Below are positions 1 through 13,460 of a stretch of DNA of 64,000 bases, one piece after another. The position numbers were made by a program, and so were the translations under genes. Numbering within the stretch: the first letter of the stretch is position 1; each line of letters opens with the position of its first letter. The stretch is from the NCBI RefSeq assembly GCF_006345805.1, contig NC_043000.1, positions 88,164,001 to 88,228,000 of the forward strand, read 5' to 3'. The notes beneath the pieces were generated by a model. The model worked only from the letters and a program-made list of their open reading frames with translations. It was not told where the DNA came from and did no database searches. This stretch comes from Octopus sinensis. Its lineage: Eukaryota.

Positions 1-149
1 AAGCTGATGGTGACGAAATTGAAAGACATAATTGAGATAGATTACAAAGTAATGAAGCTGATACAATGGCAACCTTAAATTCGATGACGAATTTCAGGTT
101 GTTGTTGCCGAGAGCTTCTAAGTGTGTCTATATACAGTGTTTTGTTTTA

Positions 150-900
150 GTTTTGTAATGCTCATTGCATTCAAAGGACGAATATGTGTGCGGCACCTAA
201 TAATGTTATTTTTGGTATGTTGTATATTTGTGCATATCTATTTATGTGTTTGTTTATGCTTTTTAAAATCATTTCCACGACGCCTTGTAGTGTTTCACAA
301 ATGCCATTTTTTTGTATCTGTATAATTTTTCCATTTTGTTCACTGATATATAAACGCCTCAACAGATGATTCAAGTATCCTATTTCAACACATATATAAA
401 CATCTGTTGGAGTCGGGACTTCAATTAAGAAGCGCCGTCTTTCCTTTTCATGGTTATCATTGGTCACCCTGTCTCTTTGTATCAGTATATTCCAGAGCAT
501 ATTAATTTTGTCATTCTAAGACCTATCTCGATCTATGTTTATACAAATATATTTCTGTCGGTATAAGTTCCAGTGAAATGAAAGACCCAACTCATGCTTG
601 TGAATATAATCTTTCTGGGATAAGCTTCAACAGCAATAGAAAATATTGTTTCTTCCAAAACTCTACATATCTTGCAATTACTTAATGCATTCTGCTTTAC
701 AACATACTTGTGAAGATTTCTTCTATGAAAGCTTTGATTCTGTGCTCAAGAATCTGCCAGTTTCAGCTTTTAATGTTACACTTATCAGCCAGTTCTGCAA
801 TTTTTCATCGTACATTTCTACTTTGCTAAATATTGCAGATAGTTACTTGTGAAGGATTGCCTTCCAGTTGTGTTAGCTTGACATTATGTAACCTTTGATT
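150..900 (-). mobile_element. Decayed R4/Dong-like (RLE-type) non-LTR retrotransposon, 3' part
   Basis: Minus-strand frames give NWLISVTLKAETG and RNLHKYVVKQNALSNCKICRVLEETI (zinc-finger region). ORF 171..500 contains LWNILIQRDRV, IEVPTPTD and KITLLGAAHI. These match the same regions of the better-preserved copy at 55490-56330. Confidence 0.6.
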
Positions 901-3900
901 GAGTTTTGTTTTTAACCTTTGCTCAATTCCTGTCGTTATTTCTCCTGTTTTAACTTTTTGTCAACTCAGACTTTGTTTCATATCTGTTGGCTTAATCAAA
1001 GGCAAAGTGTTTTTTTTAAATCTTGTTAGTATTTTGTAGCTATTAGTTGCGTATTTTGTAGCTATTAGTTTCCAGTTGTTCTTCACTAGGCATTGTTGCA
1101 GTCCAAGCGTGAATAATTTATTATAGTTTTCTAGTGGAATATGGCTCTTCGCGTCTGTGTACGTTATAAATAAAATCTTTCTACGTGAGACTTTTGGAAG
1201 TACATTCTCAATGCAATTATAATTTTTCTTGTTTTTATCTTCATTCTAGTCTTACTAATTCCTATATCAGTTAGACTACAGCTGGTAACTCTTGAATCAT
1301 AAATTACATACAAAAAAAATTAAACTAAAATTGTGTAGTCTATGTTAACACGAATAATGTTATTACACAACATTGCTCTGTTGATCATTATAGAATTTTA
1401 AAAAATTTTCTTCAAGTTAAGGCTCTTTTTATTAGACTAGCAGTACCAAGATGATAACCTTTATTTGTTTTAAAGAAACGGATATCATATTTGCTTAATC
1501 AATGGTTGATCAGTCACTTGCTTAACGTTCTATTGGAGATAAAATCATTCACGCAACAACACGATCATGTAAAGCAAAAAAAATAAATAAAAGTAACAAA
1601 AATCCAATAACAATGCAGTAAAAATGCTCAATTCAAAAACCCAATTAAGCCTAATTTAGATTTAAATCTTGAATCTTCAATCTTGAAATTAGGAAGTATA
1701 TGCAGAATATAACTAATGTTTGAGATTATTTTCAAACTTCTTAGGAAGGAAATGATGTGTTTGAGTGAAAATATTATTTAAAGCGATAAATGTAAAGATA
1801 TGTTTACAGTAAAATTACGTTTGTAACTAACTTTACAAATATATTTCCGCAAATCATTAGAGGATTGAATTAGTGGAGACATAAGAGATACATGTCTTTT
1901 CAGGTAAGATATTTGAATGCAACTGTTTCATTTCTTTAGCTAATATGTGTTAATATAAATACAAAAATGTATAATTCATATCTTATTTTCATGGGGATGA
2001 AGATGATGGTGACTGCGGTTTATGATGACATTGGAGCTTGTAATAATAAATAAAAAGATGAAGAGGATGGCCAAGGATGACGGTGATGATAATATTGATG
2101 ATGATGATGATGACGACTATGATGACCATGACCTTGCTTCCTATCATTATTTTCCTCTTCACACCGAACTTTAGATCTCACAATATTGATAAAAGTTGTT
2201 CCAATTGGCAATTGCCTAAATATAGAAGTTGACAAATTTGGATAAATATCATGTGATACTATTATTTGTATATGTGAAGATTCTGAAAAACAAGCGCGAA
2301 CATCAGAGTTCGTAGAGTTCAGTTGCTGTAGTTAAATAGATAGGTAGATAGTTAAATAGTTCAGTTAGTTAGTTAAATAGATAGGTAGAGAGATAGATAG
2401 ATAAATGGATAGACTGAGAGTCAGAAGGAGTGAATGAATGGCAGGTGTTGTAGATTTGGCAATGAGCTTGTAAAATTAAGGTTAAAAAGCATAAATTTTA
2501 GATTCTTCACTTCTCACGGTAAATGAAATTAACAAACTCTCAAATGGCATAATCAGTTTGTTGAAGTAAAATAAAATCTGAAACGCAATTTTGATTTGTT
2601 AGAATTCACGATATTACCTTATCACGCCTTAAAGTGTAGCAGTTTTATATCTTAATTTCGGGTTTCTATCAGAAGGCTATGTTGCTCGCCGGTATAGAAA
2701 AATTATACGTATTGGTTTTATTGATGAATCGATCTCTTTTCGGTGATGTTTACATAATTCATCAAACATTTAGCTATTCTTAAGCATCTTCTCTTTATCC
2801 ATTCTTCCATCCACTTATATTCTTCTATATGAAATTATTTTTAATAAACATATTTGTAAAGAAAAACATAACATTGACATCAACATATTTGAGTAAAATT
2901 TTAATGTAAATTTAACGAAGTTGAAAAGATTATCAGTGAGAACTGTAAATGTGTTATGAGAAGGAAACTATATATAATTTTGCTTATCTCTGCTTCTGAA
3001 GATCATATAATCATTATTTGAAAACAACCAATAGCATAATATTGACGTGCGAATGTTTTCCTGAGATGTCTATAGCATAAATAGATTATAACATATGCAA
3101 CTTATACGACACAACTTTCGAGACGTTCACTTAATTCAGTATAATATTTAATTAGTTAGTTAGTTGAAAGATCCGAGTCATTCTGTCATTCTGTAATCGA
3201 GTTTGTCATGGAATATGTAGTAAATAGAAAACATATAGTAAAGAGTTGATTATATATGATTAGGTACTGTAGGATCTGGAGAAATATTTAAGCGTATAAA
3301 TATATATGGATTTAAACATACATATAAACGACTGTGGTATATAAATAAACAAAATATTTGACACTTGGGCTTGATTTTGATATTTCGTCGTTTCCATTAA
3401 TGAATAATTATCCCATTTGTTAGCAAAGGAGCGAAATTAAAGATGAGGTCTTTCTGCCTTTCTTATTACTCGAGATTACACATCACGATAATTAATAACT
3501 AGTGACGAACATGTTATACGTGAAACGATTTGCTCCCTGGTGAATTGTGAACTGATTTGGTTTCTTGAACAAAACTTATAAGTCTATTTTGCTTCATTTT
3601 CGCTGACTTAACATTTCGCTACGTTAATAGGTGGTAATCGGTAGCAAAACGATGCTGCACTAAGTTAGGTAATGATAGAGAGTTTCGACCGTTTAGCTTT
3701 CAACTATTAATTTTCAATCCTGCTTAAGTAATCGTTTTTCATATTTGCTTCCGCTTATGAATATAATGAAACTACTGCAGGACATGACTTCCTTCAAGCA
3801 TCGAAACTATTTTCAGCTAAAATCGTATCTACCTTCTTCGGTAGGGTTATTTAGTATAGATATTTTTGCAAACACCAATAGAAATCTTAAGTGATTCATG

Positions 3901-5544
3901 GCCTCAAAGAAATATCTGTGTAGACTATATTTATGCATTTATAGCTCTGAAAAGTGGGAATTCTGAAGAAATAGTTCAATGAAAATACTCAAAGTTGCAA
4001 CTAAGTAATACTTATACGCTGGAGAATATAAACTTTTTATTATGAATCTGTATGTGGAAGACTGATAAGGACACACTATTTATTCTTGAACAGTGTTTGC
4101 AGCTACTGTCATCTTGATTAAAGTCATACATTTTACATATAGTTATGTCTCTTGGGGAGCAAAGTTTGAAAACCACATAAGTTGAAATCAAAACTCATAT
4201 TTACCATAGTTCTATATAAGAATGTAAATAACTACAATGCAAGCATAGCCGTCGGAGCTCAGGTCTATGCTACTGTTGATATGCGAATTCGAGAAACATT
4301 TCCTTGATTGAACGTCAGCTTCTCTTATATATTCCCAACAACTAAATCAATTGACGGATGAAGAATTATGTATCGGCCTACGAGTCCAAAGCGTTTAACG
4401 GATTTCATTTCAGTAACTATGCGAGTGTTCGTTATCTACCTAGTTATTTGCTTATAACAGTGTCAGTGTATTATATAAAGTTGAACACAAAGGTCTGTTA
4501 AAGAATGTTGCAAAGAAGTTCACGCTTACGCATAAAAAAAATGAAGAAATGTAGAAGCTGTACAATGAATTTATATTTTATATCATAAACCAAAGACATA
4601 AGTATATTTACTTGAATTGAAAAACTTTCAAATCATCATGTCTGCAATATTAATGTTTCTATGGTGGACTGTCTCTGTGCTATCTGTCTTCGTTTTTTTT
4701 AACGGTAGCTAGCCAAGAGACAAAAGAGGTAAAATCTTCACAGGCTATGTGGTTAATTTCCGTTCCCCGCAACGATGTTTCTAGAATGAAAGTAAGTTTA
4801 CTAGGTCCAGTCAAATTTTAATTTCCGAATCTTTTTACTTCCTTCTGATGTTTAAAAGCGAACCTACAATATTAATATTTACTGTGGGAAATGTTTCGTA
4901 TAAAATATTGTTAGATATTAATTTGAATACGCTTCCAGAGCTTGTTGATATTTTAAATAGAAAAAAAAAAAAATTAAACATTTTACATGATTTGATAATT
5001 TAGTTGAAAACGCATTATCCAACAGAAATGGATAAGCTCAGTTGGTGACATGCATTTCTAGTATTTGAATTGATATAATGAAATTAATTTTCGACATGTT
5101 TGCCTCACATAAGTCGCTAGCGAAGAGTTAGACATGAAATAAAATATTTACTACTTACATGAATACTTTACGTAAGTATCTGTTACGTATCTAGCAAGAA
5201 ATGTGAGTGAAGTTCAGAGCTCCATTTAGATGCTAAAAATATAGCTCAAGAAAACGTTTTTTCCGAAAGAATTTTCTCATTTACATAAGGTCAAGATCTA
5301 GATGTATTTAAACTTGTTGCCTTTAGTTTTGTTTCAAATTCTTTCAAAAGGAATATTTCCTCATAGCAATTTTAAATACATACATAATACATACATACAC
5401 ACATATATACATACATACATACATGGTGGCTGCCTCCTCGTTATCGAGTATGGTCATTGCACGAAGCTTAATCAATGTTGTTATCGTGCAATTCCTGTGC
5501 AAGAAGATTTTTTTAAGTGAGGAAAGGCTGTGCACTGAGTCAAT

Positions 5545-5980
5545 CCTACTTACTAAGCAGCAGCAGTCATAATCCGAAAAGAAGAACAAGTCAACATCAT
5601 AGGTAACCACTGAGCCGCAGGTTTTATGTTGGAGTTATCCCAGTTACCTGAGTTACATTCTCCTAGAAGGATGCCCTAACAAAGGCTAGGAGTCCTTCAC
5701 TCCCAATAGTTTCACCGCGCGATTGGGTATTCAGTCCGATTATTTCTATGTCCCCACGCATGATACAGCCTTAAGACTTTTATTAAATGGCCGTTGACTC
5801 TCAAGAGTTCCTCCGCCCTTTGACGGGTTTTGTTTTTCATCCCGCAGGGTGTCCAATAAACACCCTCCTCACCAAGCAAGCTTGGTGGGGTTGCCCATTT
5901 AGTCGCTGACGACCCGACCGTGCAACAGGTTGTACTGGGTTACATGTTACCAGTAGCACTCGAAAGTGACCTGACATAAA
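5545..5980. repeat. GC-elevated block ending in a (TACA)n tract, possibly a retroposon end
   Basis: Compositional island that abuts the (TACA)n array; no ORF. Retroposon identity is inference only. Confidence 0.3.
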
Positions 5981-6118
5981 CATACATACATACATACATA
6001 CATACATACATACATACATACATACATACATACATACATACATACATAACATACATACATACATACATACATACATACATACATACATACATACATACAT
6101 ACATACATACATACACAC
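5979..6118. repeat. (TACA)n microsatellite
   Basis: Direct reading; it explains ORFs 5837..6124 and 5940..6140. Similar tracts occur at ~7375-7470, ~15655-15760, ~48945-49000 and ~49620-49710. Confidence 0.97.
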
Positions 6119-7436
6119 ACACAATGATATACATGTTCATACTACATACGTTCCGGCAGATTCTAACGTAACTATGCTAATCGCTGTTGTATTTCGTTAT
6201 TAGAAAGCAACTTCTCCTTTCAGACAAATGTGCGGCCATAACACACTCGGTTTCTCGGTGCAAGTTGACTTTAATTACCTGCGTTTCGACGCCGTCGCGT
6301 GTCCACCCAACCAAAGCTGCTCCGCAACACACAATTGAACAAGAGTCTTTTGACACTTTTTTTAAAGAATTCAGTGAATTTATTATTTCCTGATGCCTGT
6401 TGATATCTGCCAAATGATAACAGATTGACACCTCAACAGTGTTTGTGAACCGAGAAATTCAGAACAATGATATACATTCTTAGTAAGTTTTGACAGTTTC
6501 TAAATGTCGTTGTATTTTGATTGGAATGTGAAATATACATATAGTTTTACACACACACACACACCAGTGCACAAATGGAAACGCCTGACACACACGCACA
6601 TACACACACACACTCACACATTCTCACACCCCCACAAAAGTGTAATGCTTGTATGCATGTGCGCATCTTTGTGAAGTAAATAAAAAAAATTGAGGCATAA
6701 TATATTCATGCCAGGAACACAGCAATTACAAGATTAAATTATGACAATCAGTGGTGAATAAAAGAAGCTTTTGGTTGTCTATCGATGATGCCACATGATC
6801 TTTTCTGTCAATTTCCATTTTAACTACCATTGAGACGTATGGAAATATATAGTGTAGATTTCACACAAGTAGTGATAAATTAAGTCCGCGACTATTACTT
6901 TCCATTACTTTTGCGTAACTTAAGCAAAGAGAAAGGCTGCTTTCTTTCAGAAAGTTTCTTATATTGGGATAATGAACTGTTTTCCTGCAACGCATACAGA
7001 AATTCTAGTCCGCTTCCAAATAGATATAGAAATAAAAAAAATTGAAACCGATTTAATAGTATGAAGTATTTCCCCTATTTAATCTGGTCTACAAAACGAA
7101 GTCATTTGCCTTCTTTTAGATTCTGCAGTTATTACAGACAAGAACTGGCCTCTTAGATTTATCACTAGAATGGTGGGGCGTAATTGTGCTTCAATTGTGA
7201 GTGCATAATTGGTGATATTTGTCAGTATGAGTCTTTAGGTTCCAGAAAATTAACAAAAAATATTAAAAAGCATTTTAAACACCTTCCAGTCCAAAACTCT
7301 TCATAGCCACAATAATGTACCGTCTTAGTTACTGACAAGGGAGCTCACCTCCCTGATTAGTAACTAAGACGATGCATACATACACACACATATACATACA
7401 TACATACATACATACATACATACATACATACATACA

Positions 7437-7472
<36 letters not shown>

Positions 7473-7537
7473 TATCGTCAATGTATCATATGTCCGAAAA
7501 AGAAGCACACTCAAAGCATAACGCAGTAATGTTTTTA

Positions 7538-7924
7538 TATGTGGTGAAGTCTATGTCCGGTCATAGATTGACCAATGGTTTCGCATCCACAAAGGGCTTA
7601 GCCTCGTGAACGTCTCGCCAGTCTCTAAAGCCGAAGACAAATGTAACTGTTCACCTCTGGGAGGCAGGAATCCGTTACGGTCGCTTGGTGAGTAAGTCAC
7701 CAGAAAATAAATACTCTGGGGGTCAACGAGAACAGGTTATATCCAGAGTATTTATTCCTTGGTGACTTACTTATCAAATGACCGTAACGGATGCCTGCCT
7801 CCCAGAGGTGAAGAGTTACATTTGTCTTTGGCTTTAGAGTCTGCCGAGATGTCCACGGGGCTAAGCAGTTTGTGGATGCGAAACCATTAGTCAATCTATG
7901 ACCGGTCATAGATTTAACTACATA
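7538..7924. mobile_element. Foldback/MITE-like palindromic element (~180-bp arms, ~23-bp spacer)
   Basis: 7538-7719 is the reverse complement, with mismatches, of 7743-7924 (e.g. aaataaatactctgg / ccagagtatttatt; aatggtttcgcatccacaa / ttgtggatgcgaaaccatt). TA lies at both outer ends. Confidence 0.8.
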
Positions 7925-8245
7925 CAGGTAAGTAAATATATCTTAATACAAACACACACACACGCACACACACACACATATCTTAATACACACATGCGCG
8001 CGCACACACACAGGAAAAATTATACACAAGAAAAATATTACAGCTAAATAAAAATAAAATGGTAATGAAATAAAAAAATGATAATTCTGTCTTGTAATGC
8101 TCAATGTGTGTCTGTGTGCGTGTGCATGGGTGTAGATAGATAATACATTTATCCATATGTATGTTAATTTATGTAAATAAAGATATGGTTGTATGTTTAC
8201 TGATGAGTGCGTACATGTATAAATTATTTACGATAATATGTGTAA

Positions 8246-8281
<36 letters not shown>

Positions 8282-8619
8282 GTATGTATTTGTACCTATG
8301 TATTTATTAATATATTAATTTAATGTGAGTAATGTACTTTAAGATATGCCATCCGGTATGCCCAACGCAAGTGCGTCGATGTTTAACTATTCACACATGT
8401 ATGTGTGCATATGTATTGTTTTTATAGATCTTTGTGTATATACATAAATATATATACATGTGTGTATATATGTATATATATACATAAACATATATATGTA
8501 TATATACGCATATATCTACATCTATATATAGTCACATATGTATATATATATATATGTGTTTTTATATATGTGTGTGTGTGTGTTTATGTATTCACTTGTA
8601 AATCTATATAAGTATTTCT

Positions 8620-9090
8620 GCCTATAATGAAATACAGTGATATTTTATGCGCATATATTTTCCCACTAATACTTTGATTTTATATGTATTTCTTAACACT
8701 ACATCCCAGTACGCATCATATGTTTTCTTCATGTCATTACATCCCAGCATTTGCCAACGTTGCAATGCTTCTGCCATGTTCGTGGCTAATTTGTATGTAT
8801 TTCCTGCTATTGGATAACTCATTTGTTATATTTTTCTTGTACTATTTCCTTAAATTCCCTCTGTTTATTCTCCCATCCTAATAACCGTTCTATGTTGAGA
8901 TATCCCGATTATATCGCCTCTAAAATTCTAAGGCATATTTTCAAATCCTTTATAGTTTATGGTTTATCGCAATAATTTATTCAACATGTTATTTCTCTTC
9001 ATTATATTAAATCTGTTTACCAATATCTTCTTCGCAGATATCACTCCTACTATTATCTCAAGGTTTTTATAGGCATTCCCCTTTATTAAA
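8620..9090 (-). pseudogene. Possible heavily decayed LINE coding fragment
   Basis: Non-repetitive minus-strand frames with stops (IISAK-like VISAKKILVNRFN; ERLLGWENKQREFKEIVQEKYNK) sitting between microsatellites; no diagnostic motif. Confidence 0.2.
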
Positions 9091-11152
9091 AAAAGTTCAC
9101 AATATACGCATATGTGTGTGCGCGCGCACGTATGGATATACGTAGGTAGAGGGAGGGAGGTACAGAAAATAGGTATATGATCTGTATTTTCTATTGATGT
9201 ACACATTTCATTAGCTTATGTATATATATATATTTATATACTTGGAAATGGATGCGTGGCGTTTAATCAAATAATAATATAATATATATGCATATATATA
9301 TATATATATATATATATACTAGCATTATGACCCGTCGTTGCCGGGCCATAGTGCTAGTGCATGTATATATGCGTATATATATGTGTACATATTACATGTA
9401 CAGCTATATATATACATCTACACATAAAATACAAAATACAAAGTTATATATCGCTAGTGATAACAATACTCAAAATATATAACAGACTGGAATTGTAGGC
9501 CCGTCTCTTGCAATTTCGATCAATTGTATCTTGCCCTCCCTCTTGTATTAAATCTTAACATCAAATTCTATTCTTAAATAATAAGCCTGCTACTAAATAC
9601 GGTATATAATGGCTATAATTTTAAATTAAATCACATAACACAACTCTACCTTATCTTCTTTATGCTTCGAATCCATCCTTTGTATTATGCATTCCTTCCT
9701 TCTTTTCTTCTTCCCTAATTATATCAAATAACCTGCATACCGATTTTCTCTCATTAAATTCTTAAGAGACTAAAATTATCGACACAGAATCGTAAAACTG
9801 TAAACTTATGCTTTAGTAAAATACTTATACTAATATTACTCCTACTACTAATAATAATATAGGCGGGCATGTGCGTATTTGCGTGTGTAGATATAAATAT
9901 ATATACATATATATGTATGCATATGAATGTATGTGTGTGTGTATATATACATACATACATGTATGTACGTATGTGTGAGTTTGTGTGTGTAAGTTTATGT
10001 ATATGTTTGTGTATGTGTGCATCTGGAAAACTTAAGTATTGCCAAATGTAAATGAAGGTTCATCTTTATTCATTGACAGTTTTACTAACTCAGTCTTACC
10101 AGCACCAGAATATATTTAAAACCATCTGTGCGTGCGTGCGCGTGTTGTGTATGTTTGTGTGCGGTGTGTGGTGTGTTAGTGCGTGTGTGTGTGAATGCAT
10201 TCACTTTTACTATAAATAATTGTGTCTTTTCGTTGTACGCATATCGGCAAATTTGCAGCGACAATAAAATTGAATTGAGTGTAAACTGTCGTTCTCTAGA
10301 GACGTAAAATATGGGAATTTAATGACAAAAGTATTTCTTTGAAAGGAAATCAAATCAGTTCGGTTTATTTTAAATTTATATGAAACTAATGAACTATATT
10401 AAACAATTAGTTGAATCACAGCTGATCGAGCCTCTAGAGCATTAAATCTCCAATTTATGTATTTTTGGTGCACATTTTACTGTTGTGATGCATTTACGCG
10501 CAAGATACGGTATCATTCATTACATCTGATTGTAAATAGCATTTATAGTGACAGTTCCTCACTGCAAAAATTAGAACTGTATAACTTAAGATTTCCTGAC
10601 TTGCAAGGTGTGTTGCTTTCTTTTTATGTGTTTGTGTACTTAGCGATAGATTAGTCGCACAAAGTGTCTTAGAGTCTCTTGCGATCAAATCCACGGTTTG
10701 ACTCTGATTGTTGTTCTGTTCATGATAGCAGATGTTATAAATGGCGTGCAATAGTACAGTAAGCTCACTGAGTATAGCTACCTGTCCCTATGAATTCTAC
10801 TACGAAAACTGAACACTCCTGATGACCCCATACACTTGCTAGCTTCCGATATACGGAGCTTTTAACTGGTAGCACTTGCATGTGCAAGTTGTTTGCAAGA
10901 CATATATGTGTGTGTGTATATATATCGTCCTTGTAATCGTATACATTCGCTGCTTTCTTCAAAGGAATCTAGTGCTCTTAGCTTAGTTTTTCCTTGGGGT
11001 TGGCCAGATTGGAGCAATCTCGAGTATAACCAGCCGAAATTGCAAAAATAATCTGAAACTCGACTGAAGGAAGAAAACTCTGAATGAATGACCTATCCTT
11101 CTTTTTTTTGTATTCCTTTTATATAAATATAGCAGCGTACGTACACTTTGGT

Positions 11153-11209
<57 letters not shown>

Positions 11210-11302
11210 CATATATATACATCCATCCATACATATACATATAAATATATATATATGTGTGTGTGTACATATATACGTTTTGTGTAGTATATACATACAC
11301 CC

Positions 11303-11357
<55 letters not shown>

Positions 11358-11874
11358 TTGACAGAGATAATTGGTAAGGAATTAGACTTATTAAGCTAGT
11401 GATATCGAAAAGAAAAGATGCAAAACGAATGAGTACATGATATATATAGAAAGATAATTGAATTTAGATGAACAGCATATGTTGCTGCCCGTTATATATC
11501 GGATATTAGCACTTTGCAATTAACGGATTAAAGATATTGATCCCTCCATTTACCGAAAAAAAAATTCACATACACATACACACATACACTCAGGCGCACA
11601 CGCATACGCACACACACACACACGAACGTCTATTGAAGTTCTTGTTTCTGGATCTAAAAGTTTCTAGGTCTCTTTTTGTTGAAAGTAAATATACATATTG
11701 CTTCAATGATTAGAGAACCATAAAACAGATATATAACCTAAAAGGGTATCAAATTAAATATAAATATATCCATTTTATACCCTGTGAATTATCTCATAAT
11801 AAAAATATAGAAAATCAGTCGCATTAAAATTTTGTGGGAAAATCCATATACTCCTTTATGCAAGCGAATCAACA

Positions 11875-11908
11875 AATAATAATAATAATAATAATGATGA
11901 TGATGATA

Positions 11909-11990
<82 letters not shown>
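11875..11990. repeat. Compound (AAT)n/(GAT)n microsatellite
   Basis: Direct reading; it explains the poly-Y/H and poly-I/M ORFs. Confidence 0.97.
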
Positions 11991-11991
<1 letters not shown>

Positions 11992-12779
11992 GGTAGTAAC
12001 AAAAAATATTTTCCATCCATAATTTTATTTCAGAAAGCTATCAAATGTTTAAATACCGATTGCTACTTCCAGGATGGTATTAGAACCGAAATATGAATCT
12101 TTATGAATCTTTATCGATTGTTTGTACAATCATTAACATACACTTTTACTGATGAAACTAACAAAACAAGTTAGAAGTAAAAGATTTTACTCTACTTTTA
12201 ATGTGATTTAAAACATTTGTATGTAATGACAGAATATTTAGTTTGTATTTCAAGAAATAGATTTCAGTTAAAATCAAAGTTAACTTTAATATACATATCC
12301 ATACTGCAAACAGTGGAAATAATATAAATAAATCATAGTATTTTATGATCTCGAATATGAGTTTTTCTAGTTATTCAAATCATGCAATGTCACGCTTTAA
12401 CAAAATTTTTAAAATACGAAAATATAATAAAAATTGATGAAATAGAGTAAGATTCTTCATTTTCCTACAAAATGTAATTAAACGCCAGCATAAAATGATA
12501 GTGACTAAATGAAATACATTAACGAAAGATATAAGGTAAATTGACAGCATAGGTTTTTCTTAAACACATTTTAAACACACACCATGCTTTAACATGTTAT
12601 TGTTTTACAAGAAATAAAAAACAACAACAAATCTAGTTTTTAGTGAAGCGAGACATAGGTGGTTACACGAAACAGACGCCATAAGTTCATCTTAAGTTTG
12701 ATCAAAATAGCACTCTGTTGGTTCTACAACTTTATATGAATATAGAGCTGCATAACTATACGAGTTAGTGATAAAATAC

Positions 12780-12980
12780 GTATGTAGCTATAGTGTTGGG
12801 CCTCCTCAATCATAAGATCATGGTTTCTCTTCCCGGAGTGGGTGCCGAAGTTAATACAATGTACTCAATTGAAATGAGTCTCAATCGGGCACAACCTTCT
12901 CTTTTTCCATATGTTGCATCCTAGATAGTCCATTGGCTTAAGAATGAGAGAACCTAGTGGATGCATGTACTTGCTCTTAA
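12780..12980 (+). mobile_element. Degenerate tRNA-derived SINE fragment
   Basis: tRNA-like head (tagctatagtgttgggcctcctcaatcataagatcatggtttc) followed by diverged body. Confidence 0.35.
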
Positions 12981-13020
12981 CAACATAGGCATCTAAAACA
13001 ATTAGTAAATATATATATTT

Positions 13021-13460
13021 ATGACGGGCTTCTTTCTGTATCCGTCTACCAAATCCACTCACAATGCTTTGGTCGGCCCAATGCTATATATGTGTATATG
13101 TATGCATATATGCATGTACGTATGTATATGTATGTGAGCGACTGTCTAATTGAGACATTTTTCTCTTTCCTTTTTTTCTCTTCTCGCCCTTTCTTTCTGT
13201 AGAAGAGTGTGCGCTCCGAAAATAAAAGACTTTTCGTTCTGTTACACTCTACTGGTGGATTTCTTTTACCTTGTCTTCGTAGTATTTTATCCATGCGCCA
13301 TATATTTCCTTCAGTCATTTGACTGCGGCCATGCTGGAGCACCGTTTTTAGTCGAACAAATCGAACCCAGGACTTATTCTTTGTAACCCTAGTTGGTTTT
13401 TTTTTGCCGAACCACTAAGTTACGGGGACGTAAACACACCAAAATCGGTTGTCAAGCGAT
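13021..13460 (-). mobile_element. SINE family A fragments interrupted by a pLTR-like piece
   Basis: gacgggcttctttctgtatccgtctaccaaatccactcac and cagtcatttgactgcggccatgctggagcaccg...gtcaagcgat are shared with copies at 16040-16445, 27460-27835 and 48690-48910. Confidence 0.85.

Noticed and set aside
4744-4791. 48-nt AG...GTAAGT-bounded open micro-exon (AMWLISVPRNDVSRMK)
   Set aside because: Weak polypyrimidine tract, no partner exons and no recognisable peptide; such matches are expected by chance.
12146-12183. ttttaCTGATGAaactaac...gttagaagtaaaa as a hammerhead
   Set aside because: It lacks an intact GAAA and stem III; it could be chance or a very decayed copy.
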